NCBI GenBank assembly: GCA_043228905.1
Contig: JBHGNT010000626.1
Coordinates: 1-18,865, forward strand
Source of the DNA: Azolla caroliniana
Lineage: Eukaryota > Plantae > Polypodiophyta
Direction of reading: 5' to 3'
Length of the DNA: 18,865 bases
In this document: positions 8,901 to 18,865 of the stretch, piece after piece
Numbering within the stretch: position 1 is the first letter of the stretch
How the letters are laid out: the number at the start of each line of letters is the position of its first letter
Notes under the pieces: generated by a model
The model's input: the letters and a program-made list of their open reading frames with translations, nothing else
Databases searched by the model: none
What the model was told of the DNA's origin: nothing
Made by a program: the position numbers and the translations under genes

Positions 8901-11900
8901 CCAGCTTTGTAAGAAAACTTCTTTGCTGTTTGTTGGCCTGACAATAACAACAACCTCCGATCCACTTAAAGGTTTAACTCTTTTAGCAACATCAGCATAG
9001 TTGTCCTTATGCCCATAATCACTGATATTTCCAACAATCTGACATGCTTTTAAATCATTCATAATTTTGTTCTTTTCATTTATAACCAATCTCCTCTTTA
9101 GAACCAAGAAGCTCCCTAAGCAGTTCAATTTCTTTTTAAAATGTTATTATTAATATAGACAAACTCACCTGTACAGGATTGTATCCCGGATTGGATTTTC
9201 CATTTCCATAACTAGAGCTAACTTTTGGATGTTTAACCCTTCCTTGATCAATATTGCTGTCATTCATACTTCTTTTTCTTTCCTCTCTGCGTTCTTGAGC
9301 AACTTCTTTATCCATTTGTGACCTGTAAACAAATTGAAACAATAGAATTCACCTCTAATGTTATAGTATCAAACTTACCTATTGCCGTTCCAAGTGCTAA
9401 CAGGCTGACCATAACCTGAATGAGACATTTTTAATAGCTCGCTGACTACGCTTCCACTGGATATTTCAATATTTTTCTTTAATAGTTCTAGGTGTCACGT
9501 CTGTCGACGATGTTACTTGCCATTCACCAGCGGTGGCTTTTGTTGAAACCCTGAAGGAGTTTTTAAGTATTTTACTGATATACATAACTTTATTAAAACA
9601 AAAACGTTCTCGATTAACTACATATTTCATTTTAACCCATCTTTATTTTTATCAGCCATGTAAAAATGTGCCCTTGCGCATGACTATAAGGCTTATTAAA
9701 TGAATACTTTACACATCAAACCATATAAGTATATTTCGGATACCTAAAACCAAAACTGTGAGGAGTAAAGAAAAATATGTTTTAAGCCTATTGTTTGTTA
9801 ATCTACATAATAAAAAATCAATTTTTATACATAACATAAATTATACTATAACTTTTTGAACTGAACGTATGTACTTAGTATATTTAAACAAACATTACAT
9901 GTGGCAAACACAATTTTGTGTAATTGTAATTAAGAGATTAAAAAGATCATGACCAAATCTTGCAAATATTTTTTTTTAGAAGATATATCATAAATCTAAT
10001 TTTCTTCTAATTTGCAATCACTTATCTAGAACTGAAAACATTTGATATATGTTGTTGCCAGTAGAAAAGAAAACTCACGTCTATACTCGTCAATTTGTTA
10101 AAAAAGTATATTCTTAAAAACTGTCTCAATGCCTTGAACGATAAAGTGTTTCTTTACAAATAAAAAAATATACCCTTAGTAATATACAAAATGAAATTGA
10201 TTTTCAATTAGTAATGTCAAACTTTTTATCATCCATAATTTGTATCATTGTAAACGAAATTAAGACTTAAATGGTGGATATTTTTCGGGTAGTTAGGCCG
10301 TGCTCTAGTAAGAATATGACTTCAGTAAAAGAGGTATTTCGGACTGACATTGTCTTTATTAAATAAGTTTTTCCACGACGTTTCGATTAGTAAAATATCT
10401 CTAATCGTTATCAAGTGTTAAGATAAACTAAAGTTCTTAAAGCTACGTTACGCTATTTATAGTCACGATGTGGGAAGCCACGCCCCCTTATGTTCCTATT
10501 GGCCAATTTCTTTCCAATAGCGGGCGCCACACGCTGGATATCTCAACGCTTGGATGACTAAAAACCCCGTCACCCTGTGCGATGTAGACTGCTTCTTTAA
10601 ATTTCCGTTTTCGTCAGATTTCTTCTTTGTGGAGAATCTTGGCTTCGGACCAATGAATATTATGTCCGTTAGTCCATGCATGCTCTGCCAGACCCGATCT
10701 TGATGTTTCTTCCATCCTTGTAAATTTCTGGTGTTCCTGAACTCTAACCTCCAGCGGTCTTTTGGTTTCACCTATGTAGGAATCCCCACACTCACACGGA
10801 ATTTGGTAGATGCAGTTTTTCTTGTCATTTTGCCCTTGTCCTGGTTTTGTTTTACAAAGCAAACTTCTAAGAGTTTGCTTTGATGTAAAAGCCGTCTTAA
10901 TATTCTTAGAAAAGTAGACCTGTATCAAGCTACTATACTTCTGGTCTACTGTCAAGTAGAAATATAAAACTTACTTCTTTCTATCACCTATACCAAGTAC
11001 TTTTCACAAACAAACCTTTATAAAAACATTTCCACTCACCTATTATTATCCGAATGATTAGAGTCCTCGCTTCCACTGGTATCTCCAGTCTCGTAGGGCA
11101 CCAAACTCTTCGATGGGGAAATAGCGGTCTTTGTAACGGTCCCAATCACCTCAGGACTACTTAAACTTGACACGCTAGTCGAGATATTGGAACTACTGCT
11201 TGGCGACGCGTCCGGACTAATGTCCGGTTCCTCATTGGCAGTTGAACTGTCCGCCTCTTTAGTAGGCGGCGAATCCGGCGTGGTCTTGTGGTCCTCCTCT
11301 TCGCTGGATTCCGTGCTAGATTCGTCCGTGACTTCGGGCGATTGAGAGGAGCTAGTTACGATCTTTTCCTTGCCATTGGTCACGGATGAAGTGGACGGAA
11401 CACCACCCGGAGGTAGTTCAGGACCATAAACCTTGGTGCTGGTAAAACCAATACCTAGCGGTTTGGCGGGACTGGAAATTAACGGTTTTGGGGCGGGATT
11501 TAGTTGCTTGGAGGCGGGACTCTGCGATTTTGTGAAAGAAGTTGGACTTTTCGTAGCGTTGGACGAACCCGGAGTTTCCGCGGAGGAAAAAGTGGGGCTT
11601 TTGCTGTTGCTAGAGGTGGTATTAACAGAGTCGGTACTCGACGGCTCTGTTATGGTACTGGGCAGTTTAGATTTCAGAGTTTGGACGGATTTTTGAATAT
11701 GAGGCGCTGATTCCAGCTCATAGAGCATTATGTAGGCGTTTGTGCTAAACATTGTTTGCAGAGATATTGGTCTAACCTAAAATATAGATATATTATAATT
11801 TTACAAAACCAAAAGTTCTGTCAAAATGTATGCTGATTACATTTTATTTAATATATCAGCTGATGTTAAGTATAAATTTAAATATAGTTAGTAAAACTGC

Positions 11901-14900
11901 CTTAAAGAGGATGGCTGGTCTAAAGGAATGGTATTAACCGAAATTCTATGTGTTGGTTTCTACTTTAAGAAACTAAGGCTTTCTAAATGTTAGACTTAAA
12001 TATAAACATTGATAAAATTAGTTCTCTTTATATGAAAATCCATATTTCTTCTTGTTAAGTACGAAAAAATCCGCCCCTTTATGGGGAGAAATTCTGTAGC
12101 CTATTCAGTATTCTCATACTTTACTTGAACAGAAAAAAAATAGTGTTCTTTGTGCTAATTTTTATTAAACTTGATTGTGTTTTCAGCTAATTGTCAGATT
12201 CCTAATAAATATTATTTATAGAGATTTAATGGATCCTCAATTTGCAATGTAAAAGAGTATGAAAAAGTGGTCACACTGAGGTTAGATAACAGTTTTAAAT
12301 ACAAAATATGATTGACAATAAAATATATTATTGGTGTAACTTACCATACTGTCGTCAAACTGATAAAAATTTTCCGATGGAGCCTGAGCTACTGCTGTGT
12401 AGTGACCACAGCTCACTGTGGGACCCATGTGGGTAACCAGAGCGACGAGGCGGTAAATCAAAGGCACTGTAGACCTAAATTACACACTTTCATGAGCTAT
12501 TTTTATTATAAATTTAAAAGAGTATAATTGCAGGTGCCCATTAAATTATAAAATGGCTTGGGTGTTGTTAATTTTTTTAAGACAAATAAGCGCTGTTTTG
12601 ATTTTTTTACATTTACAATTTGAAGAAATGGAATGGCAACCTTAAGTACGAGTAGTTGTCAAGAGAGATAGTAGTTTAAGACCGGTGAATTGGACATGAG
12701 ACAATTTATGTTAAATGAAAGAATTTTTAGCACTACATTAAAAATGAGCTTTATATTGGTTAAAACACCATTCAAACATTATTTCGAACCATTCAATAAA
12801 AGAGTTTTTATATCTTCCTACGCTGCAAATTTTAGCAGACCTTGGTCCTTTCGATTATAACTTATTTTTTTCAAGAACCCATGACATATCTGAGCTCTAC
12901 TCCTTTATAAATAAGTCATCTCTTATATGCCTTATGTTTTATAACATAGATGGCCCACATTTCCTAGAACGTTTTTTATGTAAACTTGGCACATACATTA
13001 AATTAAATTCTACATTAATATTCAATAACAAATTGCACCACGTAACTTTGCTAAATTAAACCTATTAACAGTTATTTTATAAAACTGTATACTAAACATG
13101 AAAAATTGAGGTTAAGGGCCCAAATACGTACGATAGTTCCTAAACTATTGTAGAAACGCCATGTTACGTAATTAACTTGCCACTAAGAAAAATACCACAA
13201 TTCGATTATCACAAATAAGCCATTAAGAAAAGCTAAGCAGCTGGGCCAGATTTTAGGAACAAGATTTGCAACTGGGCCATACAAAAGATAAAGTCTATAA
13301 CATATTCAAAATACGCAAATCGGTGCGCGTATGTGTACACTAAAAGAAAAAAATGCACCTCCTTAGCAGGTCACAAGTAGTTATAATATACTTATTTGTG
13401 TTTGCAATCCTTATATTCTATCTTGAAATTTTTTTTACGCGTCTGAATGCAAATTCCCAATCCAAAAATGTTTCATTTCTTGCAGTATACTGCTGTAAAT
13501 TTTTGACACCCTATTACAAATATTAAAAAAATATGTCATGATATTTATTTTTTGGGGCCTGTGTAATAAAATATTTTGTGCTGTGTTTAATTGAATAAAT
13601 TAATTTGATAAATGAACAGTTTACCTTTGCCGCGCATATCTCGTAAGGTCCATTCTTTGCCTGAAGGCAACGTGTTTGGTAATTTTATTATTGCTGACGG
13701 AAAAACGTTTTAGTTGAATGCACAGCACCATTGGCGCTCGTTCCAATGAAAACTGTTTAGTAGCTGGAACCTAGAATTAAATTGCTAAATTATTTTTTAA
13801 ACCCAAAACATCCTGGAGGAAAATATTAAATCTTAATTAAGTTAAGACTTATGTTTAACTTACCACTAGCTAAAGTAAAATAAAAGGTCAAAAAAGCACT
13901 TAATTCTCCCAAAAATAGTAAATAATCACCAAAATTTAAATTCCATTTTAATGTAAAATTGTACATCTCGCTATCCTATTAAAGCAAACGACCCTAAATT
14001 AGTAATTGTTAACCCAAAAATTGTAAATAATCCTCAATTATTAAAAATTTTGTCGACAATCCGCTCTATAATGAAGACCACTAATAAGGCGAATGCATTT
14101 GCGTTGTAATCCAAATAGTTTTTTTGTGTGGCAAGAATGACCGCAGGCTAACAGCATATAATAAATAGTGGAAATAGCCATAATATGCTGTTAGAACGGT
14201 ATTACGAGAAGTATTCTTTACGATCCATTATTAAAAAGAGGTAATTAGACAACTTTGGATTTACTCACAATATGACCACGACAAACCTGGATCCATGTAT
14301 GCTCCCAAAAATTTAACCTCGGTGGCACAACCAACCAGAATTGGGTGATGAAGTTCAGTTTTTTTTTAGTGAAAAGTTTATTTTTTTGAGATTTAAAGTG
14401 ATTAAGGGAAATTCTATTTGCGAGAAACTACTACTGCAATCTTTGCCTCTTATGGATAACTTTGAAAGAATGTAGTATCATCAGTTTTGGCCCTAGTGAG
14501 CTGAGACAAGGTTGTAAATATATATAAGAAATAAAGTTGGACCCTACAAAGAGCCCTGGGGCAGTTCAAACATCAGGTGTTGCTGAGATAGTTTATTTAT
14601 GGTACTAGACATACTGTTTACGTTCTGAAAGATAGGATTTTACTAGGGTAACAGAATCATCATGAAAATTATAGAGCTACTACTACTTTTCAAAGAGAAT
14701 CTCATGTGTTACACAGTCAAATGCCTTGGTAAGGTCTAAAAATGAGGCATAGGAGTCTAAAAAAATTTCGAAGCCATCCAGGGTACCCTCAGTTAGACAG
14801 TTTATTGCTGGACTTGTGGATTTGTGTTGTCTAAAGTCAAATTGGCTAAATGTAAATAAATGATTTGCCTTAAAGTGTTGACTTATTTGATTCTTTAAAA

Positions 14901-17900
14901 TGCGCTTAAACGCATTGGATAGAACTGGCAGAAGCGATATCGGGCGAAAATTGTTGTAGTCTTTAGAATAGCCTTTGCCTTTACACAAGGAAATCACTTT
15001 AGCAATCTTAAAAATTGCTGAAAATGTGTTTGAAGAAATTGATTTGTTGATGCACTTTTATTTGGCAATATACCTATGTTTTTTGGCAATTGTAATGGTT
15101 TATTTAAATTAATTAATTTAAAAATTATCCTTTGGGAAATTTAAATAAAATGTTCTGTGGAGTTAATGCCACATAGATATTTATTAACGGTAGTGTTAAA
15201 ACAACAAAAACATCCTGCACTTGGCGCAAGTCTCAAACAACATCCAACAGAAAATTATATATTTTGTGATTTTGACAAAATAATCTACCTATTTTGAAAA
15301 AATATAGTAATCCATCATTAGGTGTTATTGTTATATCTTAAAAAAGTTGAGGAGGGCATATATTTTGAAATTTGCTGCAAAATTAATTGGTTTAAGTTTT
15401 TAAAAATATCCCTTACCTTTTTCTGGCACGCCTCGCACTGATAACTCTCATCATCTAATTTCTCTCTGCTAAAATACAACTCCATGGCTTCGTCAATGGT
15501 TTGAGCTTTCCTTATATCTAAAAGAAGGTCTTGAAAATGCTGAAACGTCGTGCTCACGTGACCACATCGAAGGCATCGAACCGCCGAACGTAGGTAACCG
15601 CCCAAAATTTGATTAAGAGGAGTTGTTTCCTGGAGAACAAATAATGTAAATATTGTATTTTTCTTTTTGTCACTAACAATTTTTTAATAGTATTTTATGA
15701 TTTATTTTAATTTAAAATATTAATGACCACAAAAACTAAACCACAATGAATAACAAAGGAAGCTTAAGATATATCTAAATGTTGGTAAATCAATCATATG
15801 TTTAAGCAATACCATCCATTGACGTCCTATGACCAGTTTCAAATTATATCAGCTGTCATCAGATAAGCTAGTTAAGAATGACTAGCACTTGAAATTCTCA
15901 TTACTTAAATAGAATTTGTTAGCATGAAGCAAAATAATGATACGGGAGAAAATCGCAGGGCTAATGCGCCCGGCAACTTTTTCAAATTTAAATCAAAAGT
16001 TGGCTCAAAAATCGACAGATTGCACCTGAGTCACCTACGCTTCGCGCATAACAACTGAATACAACATCGAGGAGATTATGTCACCCAAACACATTCAATT
16101 AACACTATCTAACGAAAAAAAATGTCAGTTTAAATCATTAATGTAGAGACCACACCAGACGATGATACCGTATCTGAGAATGGACTTATTTAAAGATTTA
16201 TACAAATAATTAAAAACTTTGTATTAACAATTTTTCATACTTCATACAATTTGTGTATAAAACTGTGTAGTTGCAGATAATGTATTTATTTCACCTGTAC
16301 ATTCAATATTTTTTTTTAGCATAAGCATCCTTAGTGAGGCCACACCTGGAATATTGTTCTTCCGTGTGGTCTCCCTCTTACAATGTACATATTCAGGCTA
16401 TTTAAAACGTTCAGCATAAGTTCTTAAGATACATTGCATTTAAGAAACAGAGAGGAGTTGATGACATAATTTATGCTGAACTTGAGAACTTACTGCAAAT
16501 AACTACCCTTCAAGTTCGGCGTATGCACAGGGATCTTACGATGTTTTATAATTTGTTGCACTCTCATTCCCATGGCCCTGTACTCACAAGTAAAATAGGA
16601 GTACATACTCCCTCTCGGCGAACTAGACTAAACCATTCTTTCCATGTAAAGCCCCATCGTACAAACTATGGCCAAAATTCTTTTTTGGCCAGATCAGCCA
16701 GACTAGCAAATAACTTTTCAGATCAAATAGATTTCTTTCAAAATTGCAAAACATTTAAAAAACAACTTATAGACTGCACATGAAGGGCCAATGTTATCTG
16801 TGGGGGCTATATCTCTCCTGTTGGTATTGGGTTGTTAATTGTTGAAATAGTTACTCCCAGTGATTTTGTTTTTTTCATTTTAATTGTTAATTATTTTCAT
16901 TTTAATTAATTATTTTTACATAATTTATAAATTAGTTTGTTATGCATAGGTTAGGTTTAATTTCTGTTGTTCTTCCTTGTTTTATTTGTAAATTCTTTAT
17001 ATTGGGCAATAGCCCGTTGATAAATAAATAAATAAATAAATACCCAGATACCTTATTTAATTAGTCCTCATTATTTCTTTATAATAGAAGTGCCTGTCTG
17101 GGCCTTTTCCCCAACATGTGTCGTCAGCAAATGACACAATACTGTGATCAGTAACTGTATTTAATAAAGAATTTAAATACATAATAAAAATAAGTGGTCT
17201 CGGGACTATTCCTTGCTGCACTCTTTCCCGATAAATAGTTTCTGAAAAGCTTCCAAACGCTACACCTAATGCCGTACCGCTTAAGAACATTTAAAAGAGA
17301 TGTGTAGAAAACAGTACGAAAGGCCTTTGCTAATTTGAGAAGAACAGCAATGCATTTTCTATGATATTCTTAATGCTATTTACCACTTAAAAGTGCCTTG
17401 TTTGTACTTATACCCCAGCAAATTTCAAATGGATTTTGGTGTAAAATTTTGTTATGTAGTAGAAAATTGTTTGTTCTTGCTTTTGGACGCCATTTTAATA
17501 CCAATATTTATGAAGTATTTTTTACAAAAGCTTGTCATTTCTTTGTCATCATAAAATTAATATCCATTATTATTGGTTATAAGTATGTCGTACTTACCTT
17601 TTTTAATATTCTCATTAGTGGCATCCTTAGTAATTTTATAAATTTTTTCATATCCTTTCCAAACTTGGATATGAGATATGAGTAATAGTCAGATTAAGTT
17701 ATTTTTATTGGTTAATTTTTAAAAACATATATTTTAAAATCAAGTACCATAAAAAAAACAACTCACCTTAACCTTAGAATCAAATTGAGTGTAATTCTTA
17801 AACCTCTGCAAATAAGACTTCTCCATGGCCTCAACCAAATACCTTAAGAACTCGTGTGCATCTTCCTGTCGACCTGGAATCAAGTTTCGACACACCAAAC

Positions 17901-18643
17901 GGAGCTTGTTGTAAATTAAAATTGGCCTAATTGCGCTTATATTTCTTTGTTGCGACTCTTGCAGTGTTTTCCGCATAGCACAGATTATACAGAAACCTGT
18001 AAATTAAAAAAGAGGTTTTTTCTGTAAGTTGATAATATTTTATATTGTCAAATAATATTTATTTTGCAAAAAACATATGGTTTTAGTAGTATCAATGCTG
18101 TTTAACTGCTAGTCTGGTAAGACCTTTCTTGGAAAATTCTCTACGATTTGGAGAATTTGTTGTCTTATAGGAAAAAAATACCTAGTAGTACCTAACAAGT
18201 AAGACCAATCTACGCCCTTAAAAAAATTTACTTTGCCTATTTTAGGATTAAAAAAAAAATTATGTTGGATTTAAAAAGTTGTTTTTTTATGACTTTGTTA
18301 AATTTGCAATTCCATATAAATTATTTATGAAGTAAATTATTCAAAGGGCCTTTGGTACTATTACACTGCACAGCCCATTAATAAACAATATGAATTACCG
18401 GTATCTTGACATTCAGAAGCGTGTTTTCTGTCGGAAATAAGCCAATTTACCAATGAAGGCACGTGAAACAATGCCTGAAGCGTCGAATTAAGATAGCAAG
18501 TGTTACCCATATTGACCATACCAGCACCTACACTCCAATCGCTCGTGTTTGACCATCCTAACTGAATTTTTTCAAGGGGAAACAGCTCCTGCTTGGCTGG
18601 CTTAAGACAGTCTTCAAAGCCGTTTTCCCCTTCTTTTTTGGAG
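5795..18643 (-). CDS. USP36: Ubiquitin carboxyl-terminal hydrolase 36 (USP36/USP42 family, scrawny ortholog); gene span of 9 exons, 5'-partial
   Basis: Cys box [39 protein letters not shown] and YQCEAC zinc-site motifs, LCIQLKRF, His box HMG..SCGHY, QFDDS, AYIMLYE, and a C-terminal [14 protein letters not shown] block. All junctions are GT-AG and phase-compatible except exon 7. Confidence 0.93.
6010..6155 (-). mobile_element. RTE-clade LINE reverse transcriptase relic
   Basis: Fragments across frameshifts read [11 protein letters not shown] / [20 protein letters not shown] / GLQMNIS*TNIM. Confidence 0.55.
6930..9130 (-). mobile_element. Decayed, internally deleted non-LTR retrotransposon (CR1/L2/Jockey group): ORF1, APE endonuclease, RT
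   Basis: ORF1-like YADVAK and [23 protein letters not shown] (zinc knuckle). APE motifs [10 protein letters not shown] (~8195-8168), ILGDIN and EPTRVT..STLLDNI. RT motifs [17 protein letters not shown] and [10 protein letters not shown]. All in the correct order, with many stops and frameshifts. Confidence 0.88.
9169..9322 (-). CDS. USP36: USP36 exon 8 (basic region)
   Basis: Follows a 56-nt intron. [18 protein letters not shown]...DQGRVKHPK...NPGYNPVQ; donor CAG|GTGAGT. Confidence 0.88.
9379..9550 (-). CDS. USP36: USP36 exon 7, with apparent frameshift
   Basis: Acceptor CCTTCAG|9550 gives [27 protein letters not shown] (TGA 9468-9466). [23 protein letters not shown] is in the +1 frame. Donor AG|GTAAGT. 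Confidence 0.75.
10270..10905 (-). mobile_element. 5'-truncated Penelope-like element: GIY-YIG endonuclease C-terminus plus pseudo-LTR
   Basis: [56 protein letters not shown]. Past one in-frame TGA (10616-10614) it continues [26 protein letters not shown] to TAA at 10490-10488. Followed by a TATA box, a hammerhead motif and AATAAA. Boundaries approximate. Confidence 0.9.
10374..10417 (-). ncRNA. Minimal type I hammerhead ribozyme motif (U3-A8 core variant) in the Penelope pseudo-LTR
   Basis: CAC-UUGAUAA-C-GAUUAG(10-nt loop)CUAAUC-GAAA-CG-UC-GUG: 3-bp stem I, perfect 6-bp stem II, palindromic ACGU in place of stem III. Confidence 0.7.
11040..11776 (-). CDS. USP36: USP36 exon 6 (end of USP domain plus S/T/P-rich disordered region)
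   Basis: [20 protein letters not shown]...KVYGPELP...KSLVPYE...DNN; donor AG|GTGAGT. Confidence 0.93.
12345..12474 (-). CDS. USP36: USP36 exon 5 (His box)
   Basis: [43 protein letters not shown]; donor |GTAAGT. Confidence 0.94.
13625..13770 (-). CDS. USP36: USP36 exon 4
   Basis: [48 protein letters not shown]; acceptor TTCTAG|, donor AG|GTAAAC. Missed by the ORF track. Confidence 0.93.
14020..15060 (-). mobile_element. Decayed LINE RT fragment (CR1/L2 group) in USP36 intron 3
   Basis: [56 protein letters not shown] and [17 protein letters not shown] appear in order, with stops and deletions. Confidence 0.88.
15417..15629 (-). CDS. USP36: USP36 exon 3
   Basis: [39 protein letters not shown]...YQCEACQKK; 213 nt, phase 0-0. 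Confidence 0.94.
15782..15878 (-). mobile_element. Third copy of the same hammerhead-bearing repeat, in USP36 intron 2
   Basis: Colinear with ~4377-4471. The minus strand reads CTTAT-CTGATGA-(15 nt)-GAAACTGGTC-ATAGG (15867-15826). Confidence 0.65.
15990..16160 (+). mobile_element. Short RTE-like RT relic
   Basis: [15 protein letters not shown] resembles the RTE motif LSHLRFADD. Confidence 0.4.
16320..17041 (+). mobile_element. 3' end of a CR1-group LINE with 3' UTR, terminal stem-loop and (TAAA)5 tail
   Basis: [35 protein letters not shown], stop at 16783. GGGC-AATA-GCCC hairpin at 17004-17015; TAAA x5 at 17021-17040. Confidence 0.88.
17090..17360 (-). mobile_element. Heavily deleted LINE RT fragment
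   Basis: [19 protein letters not shown] and VSFADDT motifs. Confidence 0.7.
17767..17996 (-). CDS. USP36: USP36 exon 2
   Basis: [11 protein letters not shown]...[22 protein letters not shown]...KVK; acceptor TTTACAG|, donor |GTGAGT. Confidence 0.94.
18399..18643 (-). CDS. USP36: USP36 exon 1 in window (catalytic Cys box)
   Basis: Acceptor TTGTAG|18643. SKKEGENG...[49 protein letters not shown]...CQDT; donor G|GTAATT. Missed by the ORF track. Confidence 0.93.
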
Positions 18644-18865
18644 CTACAATTTTAAAATAAAATAAATATATAAATCTTGTTAAACTATCCAAACATCAAT
18701 ATTTTTGCAGTCAAAAAATTTCCTTACTTAAATTTAAAACCTTTAACAGATTATTACCTTGGTTTATCAAAAATTAATATAAAGACCTTCTTGTGCATTA
18801 CACGTTTTAATTTTAAAAATCGCCTGTTGACTACAACGGGTAACACTTTTAAAAGAAAATCGAAT

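Noticed and set aside
9466-9482. Programmed +1 ribosomal frameshift in USP36
   Set aside because: No recognised shift signal or stimulatory structure; an indel error or alternative acceptor is simpler.
10496-10771. 91-aa minus-strand ORF
   Set aside because: Alternative frame overlapping the Penelope GIY-YIG frame.
11433-11710. Plus-strand ORFs 11433-11696 and 11504-11710, and likewise 12312-12527
   Set aside because: Antisense shadows of USP36 exons 6 and 5.
12268-12278. Perfect TGGTCACACTG (motif 1) in USP36 intron 5
   Set aside because: Isolated intronic match with no other promoter support. It also shows such matches can be incidental, so the spacer motif is scored low.
12528-13565. 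Possible Tc1/mariner-type MITE ends (CAGGTGCCCA..., ...GACACCCTATTA) in intron 4
   Set aside because: I could not pair them into convincing terminal inverted repeats.
17398-17685. 95-aa hydrophobic plus-strand ORF
   Set aside because: AT-rich intronic sequence giving an F/I/L-rich translation from a TTG start; no family motif.
18758-18865. Possible further upstream USP36 exon ending at AAG|GTAATA (18757)
   Set aside because: The frame is open and phase-compatible, but the peptide does not resemble a USP36 N-terminus and is cut by the window edge.
1-18865. CRISPR arrays, tRNA/rRNA genes, prokaryotic operons
   Set aside because: No regularly spaced repeats or cloverleaf/rRNA signatures seen; the DNA is spliced eukaryotic sequence.

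Overview
AT-rich, spliced eukaryotic DNA from an insect; a beetle is my inference from intron sizes, gene sequences and TE content. Two minus-strand genes lie in tandem. (1) USP36/scrawny-type deubiquitinase: 9 exons in the window, 18643->5795, 5' end outside. The catalytic Cys/His/Asp boxes are intact, but exon 7 has an apparent 1-nt frame break. (2) The 5' part of the meiotic recombinase DMC1: 4 exons, 1825->102, continuing off the left edge. Exon 2 has a ~29-nt frameshifting deletion through the FxxA motif and an early stop. The most striking structure is a ~1.9-kb imperfect palindrome (arms 1358-2176 and 2439-3254, 262-bp spacer). It is an inverted duplication of DMC1 exon 1 with its flanks, so it is a candidate hairpin-RNA locus against DMC1, and it lies directly downstream of USP36 transcription. 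USP36 introns hold decayed CR1/L2-group and RTE LINEs and a Penelope-like element whose pseudo-LTR carries a U3-A8 variant minimal hammerhead ribozyme. A second hammerhead-bearing repeat family has three decayed copies. All calls are by eye; no searches were run.
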